This document shows, one piece after another, positions 40,632 through 50,254 of a stretch of 64,000 bases of DNA (within the stretch, counting starts at the first letter, position 1; each line of letters starts with the position of its first letter). The position numbers were made by a program, and so were the translations under genes. Under the pieces are notes generated by a model. The model saw only the letters and a program-made list of their open reading frames with translations. It searched no databases and was not told the origin of the DNA. The stretch is taken from assembly GCA_020631975.1 (NCBI GenBank), contig JACKGO010000002.1, positions 71,218 through 135,217 on the forward strand, in the 5' to 3' direction. The stretch is from Candidatus Nomurabacteria bacterium. GTDB taxonomy: Bacteria > Patescibacteriota > Saccharimonadia > Saccharimonadales > CAIOMD01.

Positions 40632-42404
40632 TTATGCGCTATCTGATGCTGCAACGCGGTTGACTTCTGCTATAGAAGTTCGGCCACTTAATGCCTTAAA
40701 ATAGCCATCTTGCCGCATCGTTATCATCCCTTGCTGTTGTGCCATTTCTTGTATTTGGGCACTGGTAGCATGTTTGATAATTAAATCTTGTATTTCTTCG
40801 GTGACGCTAAAGACTTCGTAGAGTCCTAGGCGCCCTTTATACCCACCGGGTGTGATTGGTGAATCTTTACCCTTATACAAAGTATAAGCGTTTTGGTTAG
40901 CCAGTGGCAAGTCCCCGTAGCCTAAATCTTCTACAACGGCTGGTTTGGCTTCTTCTGTGGTTGGCAAAAAAGAGCCGATTGTCTCTGTTATGGCTTTTGC
41001 TTCTATGGGGCTAGATTCAGTTGGTTCTGGTTTATGCAAACGGCGTACTAAACGCTGGCCAATGACTGTCCGCACCGTACTGGCAATAAGAAACGGTTCT
41101 ATGCCCATATCGAGCAAACGGGGCAAAATACCAGCTGCACTATTTGTGTGCAGCGTAGACAGCACCAAGTGACCTGTAAGTGCAGCTTGCACTGCTAGGC
41201 TGGCCGTTTCTGCATCACGAATTTCCCCAACCATTACTACGTCTGGGTCTTGGCGCAAAATAGACCTTAGGCCACTGGCAAAGGTTAGCCCTACCTCACT
41301 ATTAACCTGTATTTGGTTAATGCCTTCCATTTTATATTCAACAGGATCTTCTAGAGTAACGATGTTAATTTCATCGCTTTTAATTTCTTGGATAAGCGCA
41401 TACATACTGGTTGATTTACCAGAACCAGTAGGCCCAGATGTTAAAATCATCCCATTAGGATTTTTAGCACCTTCACGAATCGTACGGAGGGCTCTACCAG
41501 AATAGCCCATGTCTTCTAGCATAAGGCTAGTGCCAGATTTATCTAGCAAACGAATAACACACTGTTCACCCCATACCACGGGCGAGATTGCAATACGCAG
41601 ATCAATAGCTTTGCCACCGGCCATAATACTAAACTGGCCGTCTTGTGGTATGCGATGTTCGTCTATTTTAAGGTTAGATAAAATTTTAATGCGCGATATA
41701 AGTGCTGGTTCGGTAGATTTTGGTAACTTCATAATTTCGCGTAACACGCCATCTATACGGCAACGAATTTTGAGTTCTTTTTCTAGTGGTTCTATATGAA
41801 TATCACTGGCGCGACTTTTGGCTGCATAATCCATAATTGCTGCCAAGGCTTTACTAATAGGCGAATCTTGAACAATGGTTTGAATACTCTTTGTCTTGGT
41901 AGCACCGGCGGCATCGTCTGACTTTTTTTGTTCGAGGGCTTTTTCTACATCCTTCGTAACATCAACACCATACTGTTTAATAACATCTTCTATACCCTGC
42001 TGGCTCGCCATGTACACTTTAAGCGGGCGACCAATTTTGTTAGATAAAAAGTCTACAGCCTGCACGTTGCTGGCATCTAACATAGCTACAACCAGCCTAT
42101 TTTGCATTTCGCCAAGCGGTACGGCCATGTAACGCTCTGCAACCTCTAACGGCAACAAAGACAGCACTTTAGGGTTTACGCGGGCAGTGCTAAGGTTTAC
42201 GTACGGTACACGGGTTACTTGGGCAATAGCTTTGGTAAGTTCTTCGCCGGTAACGTGTTCTTCGGTAACTAGTAACTGAAAAAACGGTTCACCTTTTTCT
42301 TTCGCTTTGGCGTGCACGGCATCTAGCTGGGCTTTTTCTATGAGACCGTTTTTAACCAACAGCTGCTCTACCTGTTTTTGAGTATCTTCTAGTAGTACGG
42401 GCAC
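40632..42404 (-). CDS. pilB: type IV pilus assembly ATPase PilB (GspE family)
   Basis: 590 aa with a GSPII_E N-terminal domain, Walker A GPTGSGKST, and LRQDPDVVMVGEIRD and TGHLVLSTLHT motifs. Confidence 0.9.
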   Translation of the reverse strand: MPVLLEDTQKQVEQLLVKNGLIEKAQLDAVHAKAKEKGEPFFQLLVTEEHVTGEELTKAIAQVTRVPYVNLSTARVNPKVLSLLPLEVAERYMAVPLGEMQNRLVVAMLDASNVQAVDFLSNKIGRPLKVYMASQQGIEDVIKQYGVDVTKDVEKALEQKKSDDAAGATKTKSIQTIVQDSPISKALAAIMDYAAKSRASDIHIEPLEKELKIRCRIDGVLREIMKLPKSTEPALISRIKILSNLKIDEHRIPQDGQFSIMAGGKAIDLRIAISPVVWGEQCVIRLLDKSGTSLMLEDMGYSGRALRTIREGAKNPNGMILTSGPTGSGKSTSMYALIQEIKSDEINIVTLEDPVEYKMEGINQIQVNSEVGLTFASGLRSILRQDPDVVMVGEIRDAETASLAVQAALTGHLVLSTLHTNSAAGILPRLLDMGIEPFLIASTVRTVIGQRLVRRLHKPEPTESSPIEAKAITETIGSFLPTTEEAKPAVVEDLGYGDLPLANQNAYTLYKGKDSPITPGGYKGRLGLYEVFSVTEEIQDLIIKHATSAQIQEMAQQQGMITMRQDGYFKALSGRTSIAEVNRVAASDSA

Positions 42405-42417
42405 TTTTTAGTACTCC

Positions 42418-42648
42418 TTACTGTGAATAGTCGCCAATAGTAATATTCTTGGTTGGGTTAAGCGATTGGGGGTTAAAGAATCGTTCGTCTGGTGTAGGAA
42501 ATTCAGCAGATATTGGCTGTACTTCTGGGGCTTCTAGCAATTTGCTTTGGTCTGTCTGTGTGCCAAACAGTGCATTAGAAATCACATAACTAAAGATAGC
42601 ACTCACAATGGCGATACCTACAATAACCATAATATCTTTGCGTTTCAT
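42418..42648 (-). CDS. small single-TM protein in the pilMNO block (PilP-position)
   Basis: 76 aa with an N-terminal TM helix. It is contiguous with the pilO-like stop. Confidence 0.4.
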   Translation of the reverse strand: MKRKDIMVIVGIAIVSAIFSYVISNALFGTQTDQSKLLEAPEVQPISAEFPTPDERFFNPQSLNPTKNITIGDYSQ

Positions 42649-43389
42649 TTAGTTACTACTCCCTGTTGTGTTAGTGTCTGTAGCCGGCGGTGTTGCTTCG
42701 TTACCACCAATAAATTTACCATTTTTATCTACTTTTTTGTACTGAATGCCTAAGTCTTTAGCTGGTTGATAGAACGTTTCGCCCGTAACTTTTACACTAA
42801 CTACACCGCCCTCAGAGGCTGTGAAATCAACCGAATGAATTTTAAATGGTCGGATAGACCGCTGCAGATCAGTGAGTAATTTTTGGGCAGCTTCGTACGT
42901 ACCAATTGCACCAAATTCAAACGGTATAGCAATAGGTGTTGGGTTCACGCTACTCTGTTCTGCAGAAATTTCTTGGTCTGCTCCTGTAATGCTCTCTACG
43001 GACATACCAGCACCAGTAATGATGCCATCTATACTGGTGGTAAGGGCCGGAAAGTCGTATTTACTTGGTAGTGCATCGAGCACAATTTTGCTATTTTTTT
43101 CTGATGTGCCCAGCACAGATTCTGGACTTTCATCAAACGCCGCAAACGAGACAACAAGCTGATCTTTTGCGTCTATGTTTTCTTTAAGCTGTTTATTGGC
43201 AACATTTCTTTTGCTAATCACTTTGTTTTGGTAGCTAATCTTATCTATTAAAGCCTTACTGGCAAATAAGCTAAATACGACAATGGCTGCAGCCACCGCA
43301 GCGGCAACAATAACTGTGGTGTTTGCCTTATCTACCAATACGTGCTTGGTAGATAGCTGGCCAAAGCCCTTTGGTAATGCACGTGCCAT
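42649..43389 (-). CDS. pilO: PilO-like pilus biogenesis protein
   Basis: 246 aa with a TM helix, a coiled-coil and a ferredoxin-like C-terminal region (ALPSKYDFPALTTSIDGIITGAGMSVESI). It shares one base (43389) with pilN. Confidence 0.6.
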   Translation of the reverse strand: MARALPKGFGQLSTKHVLVDKANTTVIVAAAVAAAIVVFSLFASKALIDKISYQNKVISKRNVANKQLKENIDAKDQLVVSFAAFDESPESVLGTSEKNSKIVLDALPSKYDFPALTTSIDGIITGAGMSVESITGADQEISAEQSSVNPTPIAIPFEFGAIGTYEAAQKLLTDLQRSIRPFKIHSVDFTASEGGVVSVKVTGETFYQPAKDLGIQYKKVDKNGKFIGGNEATPPATDTNTTGSSN

Positions 43390-44081
43390 TATTGAGCCTC
43401 CTGTGAATCTGAGCTAGGTGCAAATATTGTGCTAGATGGTAACTGTGTTTGTGACCGAGTAGTCGTAATATTAGGAATAAGCAATTTTATATCTGTATTT
43501 GCAGAAGAAAATAGTTGATCGCTAAACTTAAAATCAATCGTAAAGGTATAACCTTTTTCTGATTTGCTAAACGATGATAATACTACTTCGCTAAACGCAT
43601 ATTGCTTTTCTTGGTTTTCTTGTATTGGTGCGATTTCTGTGAACTTTAAGGTGTCTACATATTTATTCACAAGTTCTATGCTTGGTGCTTCGCCATCTAC
43701 AGACCACGTAAAATCTTCGTTATTAATGACGTACTTTTCTAGTACCACAGAGTCTGGAGTTGTTTGCTGCAAGTACGTAAATAATCGTTCCATAACTGGC
43801 TTAGATTCATGCAATGGGGTGAGTGCAAAAAGCTGGTTTTGAATGGTAAGTATTTTGTCTAAATCTTTTACGTCTTTAATATTTTGTTCACTTTTAGCTA
43901 TGTCGTTTTTTAGATTATTAAGCTGAAGTTGCTGAGTACCATACGCCACGCTAGCTAACAAACCAACCACGCCAAGAGACACGGCCACCGCGATAATAGA
44001 AATAGTTATAACAGTACGCTTTGTGCGTTGTGCTTTTACGTATTCTGCTTTAATGCTTGGTAGTAAGTTAATCTGTATCAT
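43389..44081 (-). CDS. pilN: PilN-like pilus biogenesis protein
   Basis: 230 aa. The N-terminus MIQINLLPSIKAEYVKAQR, followed by a TM helix, is the canonical PilN start. Confidence 0.75.
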   Translation of the reverse strand: MIQINLLPSIKAEYVKAQRTKRTVITISIIAVAVSLGVVGLLASVAYGTQQLQLNNLKNDIAKSEQNIKDVKDLDKILTIQNQLFALTPLHESKPVMERLFTYLQQTTPDSVVLEKYVINNEDFTWSVDGEAPSIELVNKYVDTLKFTEIAPIQENQEKQYAFSEVVLSSFSKSEKGYTFTIDFKFSDQLFSSANTDIKLLIPNITTTRSQTQLPSSTIFAPSSDSQEAQ

Positions 44082-45118
44082 TCTATTCGCTCCGCCAAGC
44101 CTGCTGCCACACCAAAATGGTTGCTTACAGAAAGTAGTTCGTTTTGTTTATCTGCTGGGAAAGTGACATTACGCCAAGCGTTGCCTATTTCTACATTGAT
44201 ACCAAACTTATTGGCGATAAACAGCGGGAACTCCGGTAGTGTAGATGCGCCACCGGTGACAACTATCTTTGTAATTGGTGCGTTTGGGTAACGTGTTTGG
44301 TAAAACTTAATTGACTTTTCTATTTCTGATACTAATGTTTCTACTGTGCCTATAATTGCAGCGTATATCTGGCCTTCTAGCTTGTCTTTACTTAGGCCAA
44401 ATTTATAAACAAACTGCTCGGCTTGTTTATCGTCTATGCCAAGCCCTTGCATAGCAGCTTTTATAATAGCGTCCGAACCTGTGGGGATAGACCTGTTAAG
44501 TTTTGGCGTACCGCCGGCAACAATGACGAGGTCTGAATAATTTGTACCAATGTCTACGACTACTTGTGGAGCGGTATCATCACTACTGGTCATGGCTCGC
44601 GCTAGTGCAATGGTGTCTGGTTCAAAGGCAATAACATTTAACCCAATTGCTTCTAGTGTGTCTAGACGTTGCTCTACATAAGTGTTGGCAACACTAGAAA
44701 TAAGTACTTCTACTTTGTTGGCATCTACTGGTGAATCACCCAATAGCGCCCAGTCTATTTTACTTTCGTCTAGTGGCGTGGGTATGAGTGTGTCTGCCTG
44801 AAATTTAATATTTTTGGCAAGTTCAGATGGGCTAAGGCGTTCTATGTCTACAACAGTAGTAAAAACACGTTGCGATGGCAAACCAACCGTCACATTTTTA
44901 GTATTCACTCGTGCTTGGGCGACGAGCTCTTTTATAATGCTGGCTACTTTTTGTTGATCTGCTTTTGCGTCTGATAGAACTAATTTTGTATCTATAGGGG
45001 TAAGTGCGTATTTTACTAGCGCTTTTACGGGCCCACTTCCTCTTAATTGTACTAGGCGGATTGCCGACGTTCCAATATCAAGGCCAAAAAAGTCTGAGAC
45101 GCCACTTAGGACACTCAT
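44078..45118 (-). CDS. pilM: PilM, actin-like pilus assembly ATPase
   Basis: 346 aa with FGLDIGTSAIRLVQL and an FtsA/actin-like fold pattern. It overlaps pilN by 4 nt. Confidence 0.85.
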   Translation of the reverse strand: MSVLSGVSDFFGLDIGTSAIRLVQLRGSGPVKALVKYALTPIDTKLVLSDAKADQQKVASIIKELVAQARVNTKNVTVGLPSQRVFTTVVDIERLSPSELAKNIKFQADTLIPTPLDESKIDWALLGDSPVDANKVEVLISSVANTYVEQRLDTLEAIGLNVIAFEPDTIALARAMTSSDDTAPQVVVDIGTNYSDLVIVAGGTPKLNRSIPTGSDAIIKAAMQGLGIDDKQAEQFVYKFGLSKDKLEGQIYAAIIGTVETLVSEIEKSIKFYQTRYPNAPITKIVVTGGASTLPEFPLFIANKFGINVEIGNAWRNVTFPADKQNELLSVSNHFGVAAGLAERIE

Positions 45119-45170
45119 AGTGTTTATTCTAAAGCATAACCGCTACACAAGCAAACAAATTATAGTTATT

Positions 45171-47939
45171 TTACAACTTTGGTGGTACCACAAACATGGC
45201 ATCCACGGTATCGCCAGGAGTGCTTTGGTTTTTAAGGTATGGTTTAGCAAAATATAAATATGCTGGGTAGTTAATAATTTCTGCTGATTTGCCAGTATTG
45301 TTTGGCATGTTACCTCTATCTGCACAGTTTTGTATGCCCTTACTAACGTTGCAGTTTTGCTGCTCGTCACCTGGTGAGGTATTTAAGTACCTACTACCAC
45401 CGCCTCTTCTAAAATCTATAGTAGGTGCAGAAACCGCTCCATTTATATTTAAAGGCACCCTACAGGTTGAATGTATCTGATTTTGCCCTACCTTTGCAGC
45501 TGGGCCATAACCTGCGTATCCACAGGTATATATACCTGTTTTAGAAACTAAAATTGCATCTATGCGCTTAACATTGTTATCTACTACAATGGGACCTTCG
45601 GAAATAATTAAAAGCACACCAGTCTTTGCAGGATCCGTATAATTTGCTGCACTAGTAAGATTGATGACATCACCTACAATCATCAACATCTTATCTGTAG
45701 GATTGACGGCCGTTATTTTTTTGGTATATGTAGTTACTCCACTGCCAAAAGTATCACCCCAGCCTAATACGGGTATGCCACCATTATCTTTAGCCCAGTC
45801 AGGAACAGGCAATGAGTTATTGGTGGGAGTTAAAGAAGTAGCTTTTTTTATAATATAACAACCGTCTTCAGTAGCATTGAGCCCGCCACTCTCAATTTCA
45901 CCACATGTTTTTGGCAAATTCCCAGTTACATCTGTATACACTTGGTTGGCATTTTTACCTGATATAGCTTTTGAGCCAGAGGCATCTAGACCATCTGGTG
46001 GTACAGGGTTAATGGTACGAAACGCCGATGTATCTATAGTAACTGTACCAAACGCTAACGCTGCATATTGGTCTACACTACCCCTTTTAGTGGTACCACT
46101 AGGGTTATCTGTAGAATTAAAGCGTATATCGCCTGCTGTCGCATATATGTCATTACCGTAAAAACGAGCAAAGGGGACTTCATAGACGAGGATTTCACCA
46201 CATTTTTGTTGTTCATTATTAACACTTAGGCAATATTTAATACCGCTGAGGCCTGGGGCTGATTGGTTGAGCTGACCGATAATTGCTGCAGGAATTGGAA
46301 TAACATTTGTCGGCGGATTGCAGCCATAAGCCCCACCATACCAAAAACCAGTACCCGCAGGTGATGACACTCCACCAATGCTCCAACTAAATGGTATCCG
46401 TATCGGGGTCGACGGGCAACTTCCGCCGTTATTTACTTTTACATCAGCTTCGTTGATAGAAATGCTTTCGCTGCCCTTCTCGTAGCTAACAGTAGTAGGC
46501 ACATCACCGTCAGGGTCAATAATGTGCACACAATCACTAGTGCTCGTTGTAGCGTCACTATTCCAGCTTGTTGGTGTGAATGATAACGTATCACAATAAT
46601 TACCTACATTATTCATTACAATAGACCGTGCTGGTACCGTTCCAACACCTGTTTGTCTCTTGGTGCCTACGTTCGAATCAGTAGGTATATCGTATGATGT
46701 GTAATCATCTGCCATACCTGTATCACCCGTAACATCGCCGTCAATAGATTCATCGTTTTTATCTGGGCCAATGTTTTCTATAGAATGAGAATAACTAACC
46801 GTTTGCCCGGTAAAAGCTGTGCGTTGTCTGCTAGCACTACCAGAAATAGTCCATTTAGGGGGGTTGTTACATGGCGGCTGTTCATTCATCGGGAACACCA
46901 TGAGTGATAAATAATTTTGAGCATTAAGATCGTTAATAGTTAATTTGTAATTTATACCACGTTTAATTGTATACTTTAACCATGCAAAATTATCAGAACT
47001 CTCCCAATTACTTGCTTGGGTTGCGTCATGCAAAGGTTTGTATCTATTTGCGTCAGTTTTATCCCAACCTACCTCTTTAGCCCATTTGCTTGCAGATGTG
47101 CTTGTATCTATAGCTTTCATTCGATTGCCGGTGTCTTTTCTTGTAAGCCCAAAGTATAAATCTTTAAAAACATAACCATCAAGTACTTTACCCCTACCAT
47201 TATTTGATCCGTCATAATCAAATGTTTTTCGATTATAAGGAGCTCCAGGGCTGTTATTATCTTGTGCGCCCCTAGCATTGTTATCTGCATAATTATCTAT
47301 GTCATATGCGTAAATTATTCCTGTTTCATTAGAAGTCGAATAACAATTTAAATTCATATTGATATTTATGTCGGTGTATACAGAGCTGTCTGTGGAGTCT
47401 ATCGCTATGGGGACTGTATAATCATAGCTGAGACTGCCTACAAAACCGATATGCTTTGCTTCATCCACCTGTACCTTAAACTTCATACTGCTTTCGTCAG
47501 GAGGGCTATTCATTTTAATAGTAAACATGTATTTTGTTAAAGCTAACTGAGAATCATAAAAAGCGCCAGCAATATCATAAGAAACTTTAAATTCATTATC
47601 ATTGTCTTTACAATCACGCGTAGTGCTATTAATGCTATTCCCAAATATATCAATTCTATCAAATGTGTATTTAAATTTTTTCACACAATTTAAGTTATCT
47701 AGAATTACTTTAAATGTGCGATCTTTAGTTGTGGTGGTATTCCCATCCATGTACACCGCAAAAGACATTGCCGTATCTACGTGTTTAGAATCATCCCTGG
47801 CAAGCTTTATAGATATTGGTTCGTTCGACCACTGAGTACCCGGCCATTTTAAGGCCAATGCAGAATTACCAAATGCAAATAATGAAAAGCTTATTAACAA
47901 AAATAGTGATAATACTTTGTAGTGCATAGCTTTCATCAT
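45171..47939 (-). CDS. large secreted protein of unknown function, first-in-line with the pilus operon
   Basis: 922 aa with an N-terminal signal peptide (MMKAMHYKVLSLFLLISFSLFAFGNSALA). It is rich in Asn/Thr/Gly/Asp and has many Cys. No motif recognised. It overlaps the upstream gene by 4 nt and lies 52 nt upstream of pilM. Confidence 0.6.
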   Translation of the reverse strand: MMKAMHYKVLSLFLLISFSLFAFGNSALALKWPGTQWSNEPISIKLARDDSKHVDTAMSFAVYMDGNTTTTKDRTFKVILDNLNCVKKFKYTFDRIDIFGNSINSTTRDCKDNDNEFKVSYDIAGAFYDSQLALTKYMFTIKMNSPPDESSMKFKVQVDEAKHIGFVGSLSYDYTVPIAIDSTDSSVYTDININMNLNCYSTSNETGIIYAYDIDNYADNNARGAQDNNSPGAPYNRKTFDYDGSNNGRGKVLDGYVFKDLYFGLTRKDTGNRMKAIDTSTSASKWAKEVGWDKTDANRYKPLHDATQASNWESSDNFAWLKYTIKRGINYKLTINDLNAQNYLSLMVFPMNEQPPCNNPPKWTISGSASRQRTAFTGQTVSYSHSIENIGPDKNDESIDGDVTGDTGMADDYTSYDIPTDSNVGTKRQTGVGTVPARSIVMNNVGNYCDTLSFTPTSWNSDATTSTSDCVHIIDPDGDVPTTVSYEKGSESISINEADVKVNNGGSCPSTPIRIPFSWSIGGVSSPAGTGFWYGGAYGCNPPTNVIPIPAAIIGQLNQSAPGLSGIKYCLSVNNEQQKCGEILVYEVPFARFYGNDIYATAGDIRFNSTDNPSGTTKRGSVDQYAALAFGTVTIDTSAFRTINPVPPDGLDASGSKAISGKNANQVYTDVTGNLPKTCGEIESGGLNATEDGCYIIKKATSLTPTNNSLPVPDWAKDNGGIPVLGWGDTFGSGVTTYTKKITAVNPTDKMLMIVGDVINLTSAANYTDPAKTGVLLIISEGPIVVDNNVKRIDAILVSKTGIYTCGYAGYGPAAKVGQNQIHSTCRVPLNINGAVSAPTIDFRRGGGSRYLNTSPGDEQQNCNVSKGIQNCADRGNMPNNTGKSAEIINYPAYLYFAKPYLKNQSTPGDTVDAMFVVPPKL

Positions 47940-48547
47940 AATGTATCCTTAAGGGTCGCATAATACTGTATTAAGCTAGATAAGCTTTGCTGGCTGTCTG
48001 GTGGCACTTCTGTCATTCTTTGGTTGAGCATGACTACTAGTTCGCCTGCTACGGCGCGCGCTTCTTGTTTATAGCCATTCGCAATCAGCGAAGTTACCAA
48101 CCACTCAGAGGCCTCAATACTAAGTTTAATACCCTGGGGTTGAATTTGGTTTATATAGATCTCTGCTGTGCGGCGTGTATCTTCTAAGGCAGTTAGTTTT
48201 GATACGATTGATTCGTAGTATTCGGTCTTCTGGGTAATAGAAGCATCGCTTGGTAATTTTTGCTGAAGTAGGCTATCTAATGAACCCGCTACATCATCAA
48301 GTTGGAGTTGAGGCTCGGGGAAGACTAATTTATCATCACTACGATTAATATACCAAGCGCCAGTGGCTACCAACAGTATCAATGCACAAAGGCTAATCAC
48401 GATAATAAATATATTTTTACGATTTTTAAGAATAGTAAATTTCGAGCTGGACCCAACGCTACTTACAATTGTTTTACTGTTTTGCGTTGCTGAAGGGCGC
48501 TTGGCGAGCGCAATGTCTTTATTGGTTGGTTTTTTATGGTGTTTCAT
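47936..48547 (-). CDS. single-TM anchored helical protein, unknown function
   Basis: 203 aa with a basic N-terminus, one TM helix (IFIIVISLCALILLVATGAWYI) and an alpha-helical ectodomain. Confidence 0.5.
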   Translation of the reverse strand: MKHHKKPTNKDIALAKRPSATQNSKTIVSSVGSSSKFTILKNRKNIFIIVISLCALILLVATGAWYINRSDDKLVFPEPQLQLDDVAGSLDSLLQQKLPSDASITQKTEYYESIVSKLTALEDTRRTAEIYINQIQPQGIKLSIEASEWLVTSLIANGYKQEARAVAGELVVMLNQRMTEVPPDSQQSLSSLIQYYATLKDTL

Positions 48548-48612
48548 ATAAATATTAGTGGGTTTCTTATAATTAAGTTAATCATAAGCATTAAATTTAA
48601 GCAAAAAAATAC

Positions 48613-48675
48613 GGGTGCCCCAGCTGGGCTGGTGCTCGGTATTAGCGAGCACACAGCACACAGCTAGGACACCCT
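48613..48675 (-). terminator. long GC-rich terminator of the GC-rich island gene
   Basis: On the minus strand GGGTGTCCTAGCTG...CAGCTGGGGCACCC forms, with an inner GTGCTCG/CGAGCAC stem. It is followed by GTATTTTTTT. Confidence 0.65.
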
Positions 48676-48683
48676 TGCTACCG

Positions 48684-49466
48684 TTAAGCTTTCAGCTTAA
48701 CGGTCTTGGCCTTGTAGGGTCCGCCGACTTCGCGGACCGTGATCTTGACCTTGGCCTTCTTGGTCTTGGGCTTGACCTTGAAGGTGCACTTAGCAGACGT
48801 TACCATCCGCTTCTTGGGCTTGACTTTCGCCTTGCCCTTCACAACCTTGGTCTTGCACTGCCACTTGGTGGCGGTGCCAGACTTCCAGGTCGCCTTGACC
48901 TTGGTCTTCTTTACCTTGACCTTCAGGCCTTTGACAGCCTGAGGTTGTGGTACTGACTGGGTCGGCGTCACTGTCGGTGTTACCGTTGGTGTCGGCTCCA
49001 CCGTTGGGGTGGGTGTTGGCGTCACCGTCGGTGTTACCGTTGGTGTCGGCTCTACCGTGGGGGTTGGCGTTGGTGTCGGCTCAACCTCGCACAGAACCAA
49101 TGAGAATATTCCGGTACTCTGAGTCCCGAGGTTCTCCGTAAAGAGACGGCCTTCCATAAATATCTCTACACCACGAGGTAACTGCCTTCTCACAGTGAGT
49201 ATCTTTGGGCCTACCTCTCCTGACACCAAACCGTCCATTGACACCAGGTCTCCGTACGGTCCTATGAACGTCATCAGGCTACCCGTACCTGAGTTAGCCG
49301 GTAGCACGAAATCTGCTACCAGGGCATCTTCGTCACAATCGTACCAGACTGTTAGCCCAAAGTCGGGCTCTTCTGCCGTAGCTGGGGTGGTTCCGAGCAC
49401 CCCGGCCAGAATGAGCGTCACCGTTCCCAGCAACGCCCAAAGGATCTTCGGAATGTTTTTCAACAT
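48684..49466 (-). CDS. secreted protein with Pro-Thr repeat linker and Lys-rich C-terminal domain (GC-rich, probably foreign)
   Basis: The likely start, MLKNIPKILWALLG (ATG 49466), is preceded by GGAAGGAGGTGAT. It has a signal peptide ending ATAEE. A duplicated VEPTPTVTPTVTPT block and a KxKVK-rich tail follow. Line 48721-48780 is 36/60 G+C. Confidence 0.7.
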   Translation of the reverse strand: MLKNIPKILWALLGTVTLILAGVLGTTPATAEEPDFGLTVWYDCDEDALVADFVLPANSGTGSLMTFIGPYGDLVSMDGLVSGEVGPKILTVRRQLPRGVEIFMEGRLFTENLGTQSTGIFSLVLCEVEPTPTPTPTVEPTPTVTPTVTPTPTPTVEPTPTVTPTVTPTQSVPQPQAVKGLKVKVKKTKVKATWKSGTATKWQCKTKVVKGKAKVKPKKRMVTSAKCTFKVKPKTKKAKVKITVREVGGPYKAKTVKLKA

Positions 49467-49647
49467 CCGAATCACCTCCTTCCTAATTGTCATTCTTCAT
49501 CGGCCAGGGTGGCCAAGGAAGCTTCTAGGCCCTACATGTATTGCTACACATAGAACACTCGTGTAATATAATACCAGCTTTTAACTAAAAAGTAAATAGC
49601 AACGCGCTTATGTAGTTGCAAAAAATGTAATCGCGTTTAAAAAATGG

Positions 49648-50139
49648 TTATTTTGGCAAAGATACGTTTGCTTTTTTAGCAATATGCACTATAGCTTTAT
49701 AAGCCTCTACAATTTGATCTTCTAAAGGTTGCTGCTGATACTTACTTACAGCTGGGTCTTTTTTGGCCAATATTTTATAAATTTCTTTCACATCGTTTTC
49801 TAGTGCTTCTAGGCGACCTTCTATATTTTCTAGGCGGTTATTCGTTTGCGCCTGGGCCGTTTCTATATTTGTTACACGAGATTCTAAACTACCTAATCTG
49901 CTTTCTACTTTATCTAAACGTTTGTCTACCATATCTAAACGTTTGTCTACCATATCTAAACGTTTGTCTACCTTATCTAAACGTTCGTCTACTTTATCTA
50001 AACGTTTGTCTACTTGTTCGAACCGCTCGTCTACCTGGGTTGCAAAATCACTAATTATTTCTGCTAAGCTATTGACTGCTTTGTTTATAGCTTTATCAAC
50101 AATTTCTTGTACGTCTTGTTTGGTCGCGTAGTCACTCAT
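49648..50139 (-). CDS. coiled-coil protein with tandem heptad repeats (VDKRLDK)
   Basis: 163 aa. It contains five or more consecutive 7-aa units encoded by 21-bp tandem repeats. Confidence 0.6.
   Translation of the reverse strand: MSDYATKQDVQEIVDKAINKAVNSLAEIISDFATQVDERFEQVDKRLDKVDERLDKVDKRLDMVDKRLDMVDKRLDKVESRLGSLESRVTNIETAQAQTNNRLENIEGRLEALENDVKEIYKILAKKDPAVSKYQQQPLEDQIVEAYKAIVHIAKKANVSLPK
49911..50016. repeat. 21-bp tandem repeat, about 5 copies (ATCTAAACGTTTGTCTACCAT and variants)
   Basis: Direct reading of 49911-50016. The repeat is in-frame within the coiled-coil CDS. Confidence 0.85.
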
Positions 50140-50200
50140 ATTATAGAAATTGTAGCACGCAAGCTACGCTTTAGTAAAAAGCAATATTGCACAGCCGTTC

Positions 50201-50229
50201 TTGCCTAAATGTTATCTTTTAAGTATACT
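50201..50229 (+). promoter_or_regulatory. candidate promoter of phd-doc-ychF
   Basis: TTGCCT (50201-50206), a 17-nt spacer, then TATACT (50224-50229). Confidence 0.45.
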
Positions 50230-50254
50230 TATAAAATAACTTTAAGGACATACT

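Noticed and set aside
45143-45370. 75-aa minus-strand ORF overlapping the 3' end of the 922-aa gene
   Set aside because: It is out of frame within the longer CDS and has no start context.
48615-49566. Plus-strand ORFs 48615..48956, 48739..48942, 48947..49141 and 49195..49566
   Set aside because: They are antisense to the GC-rich secreted-protein gene. High GC suppresses stops on the opposite strand, and the products are low-complexity Leu/Gly/Arg-rich.
49911-50016. Tandem 21-bp repeats as a possible CRISPR-like array
   Set aside because: The repeats are contiguous with no spacers. They are in-frame and encode coiled-coil heptads, and no cas genes are in the window.
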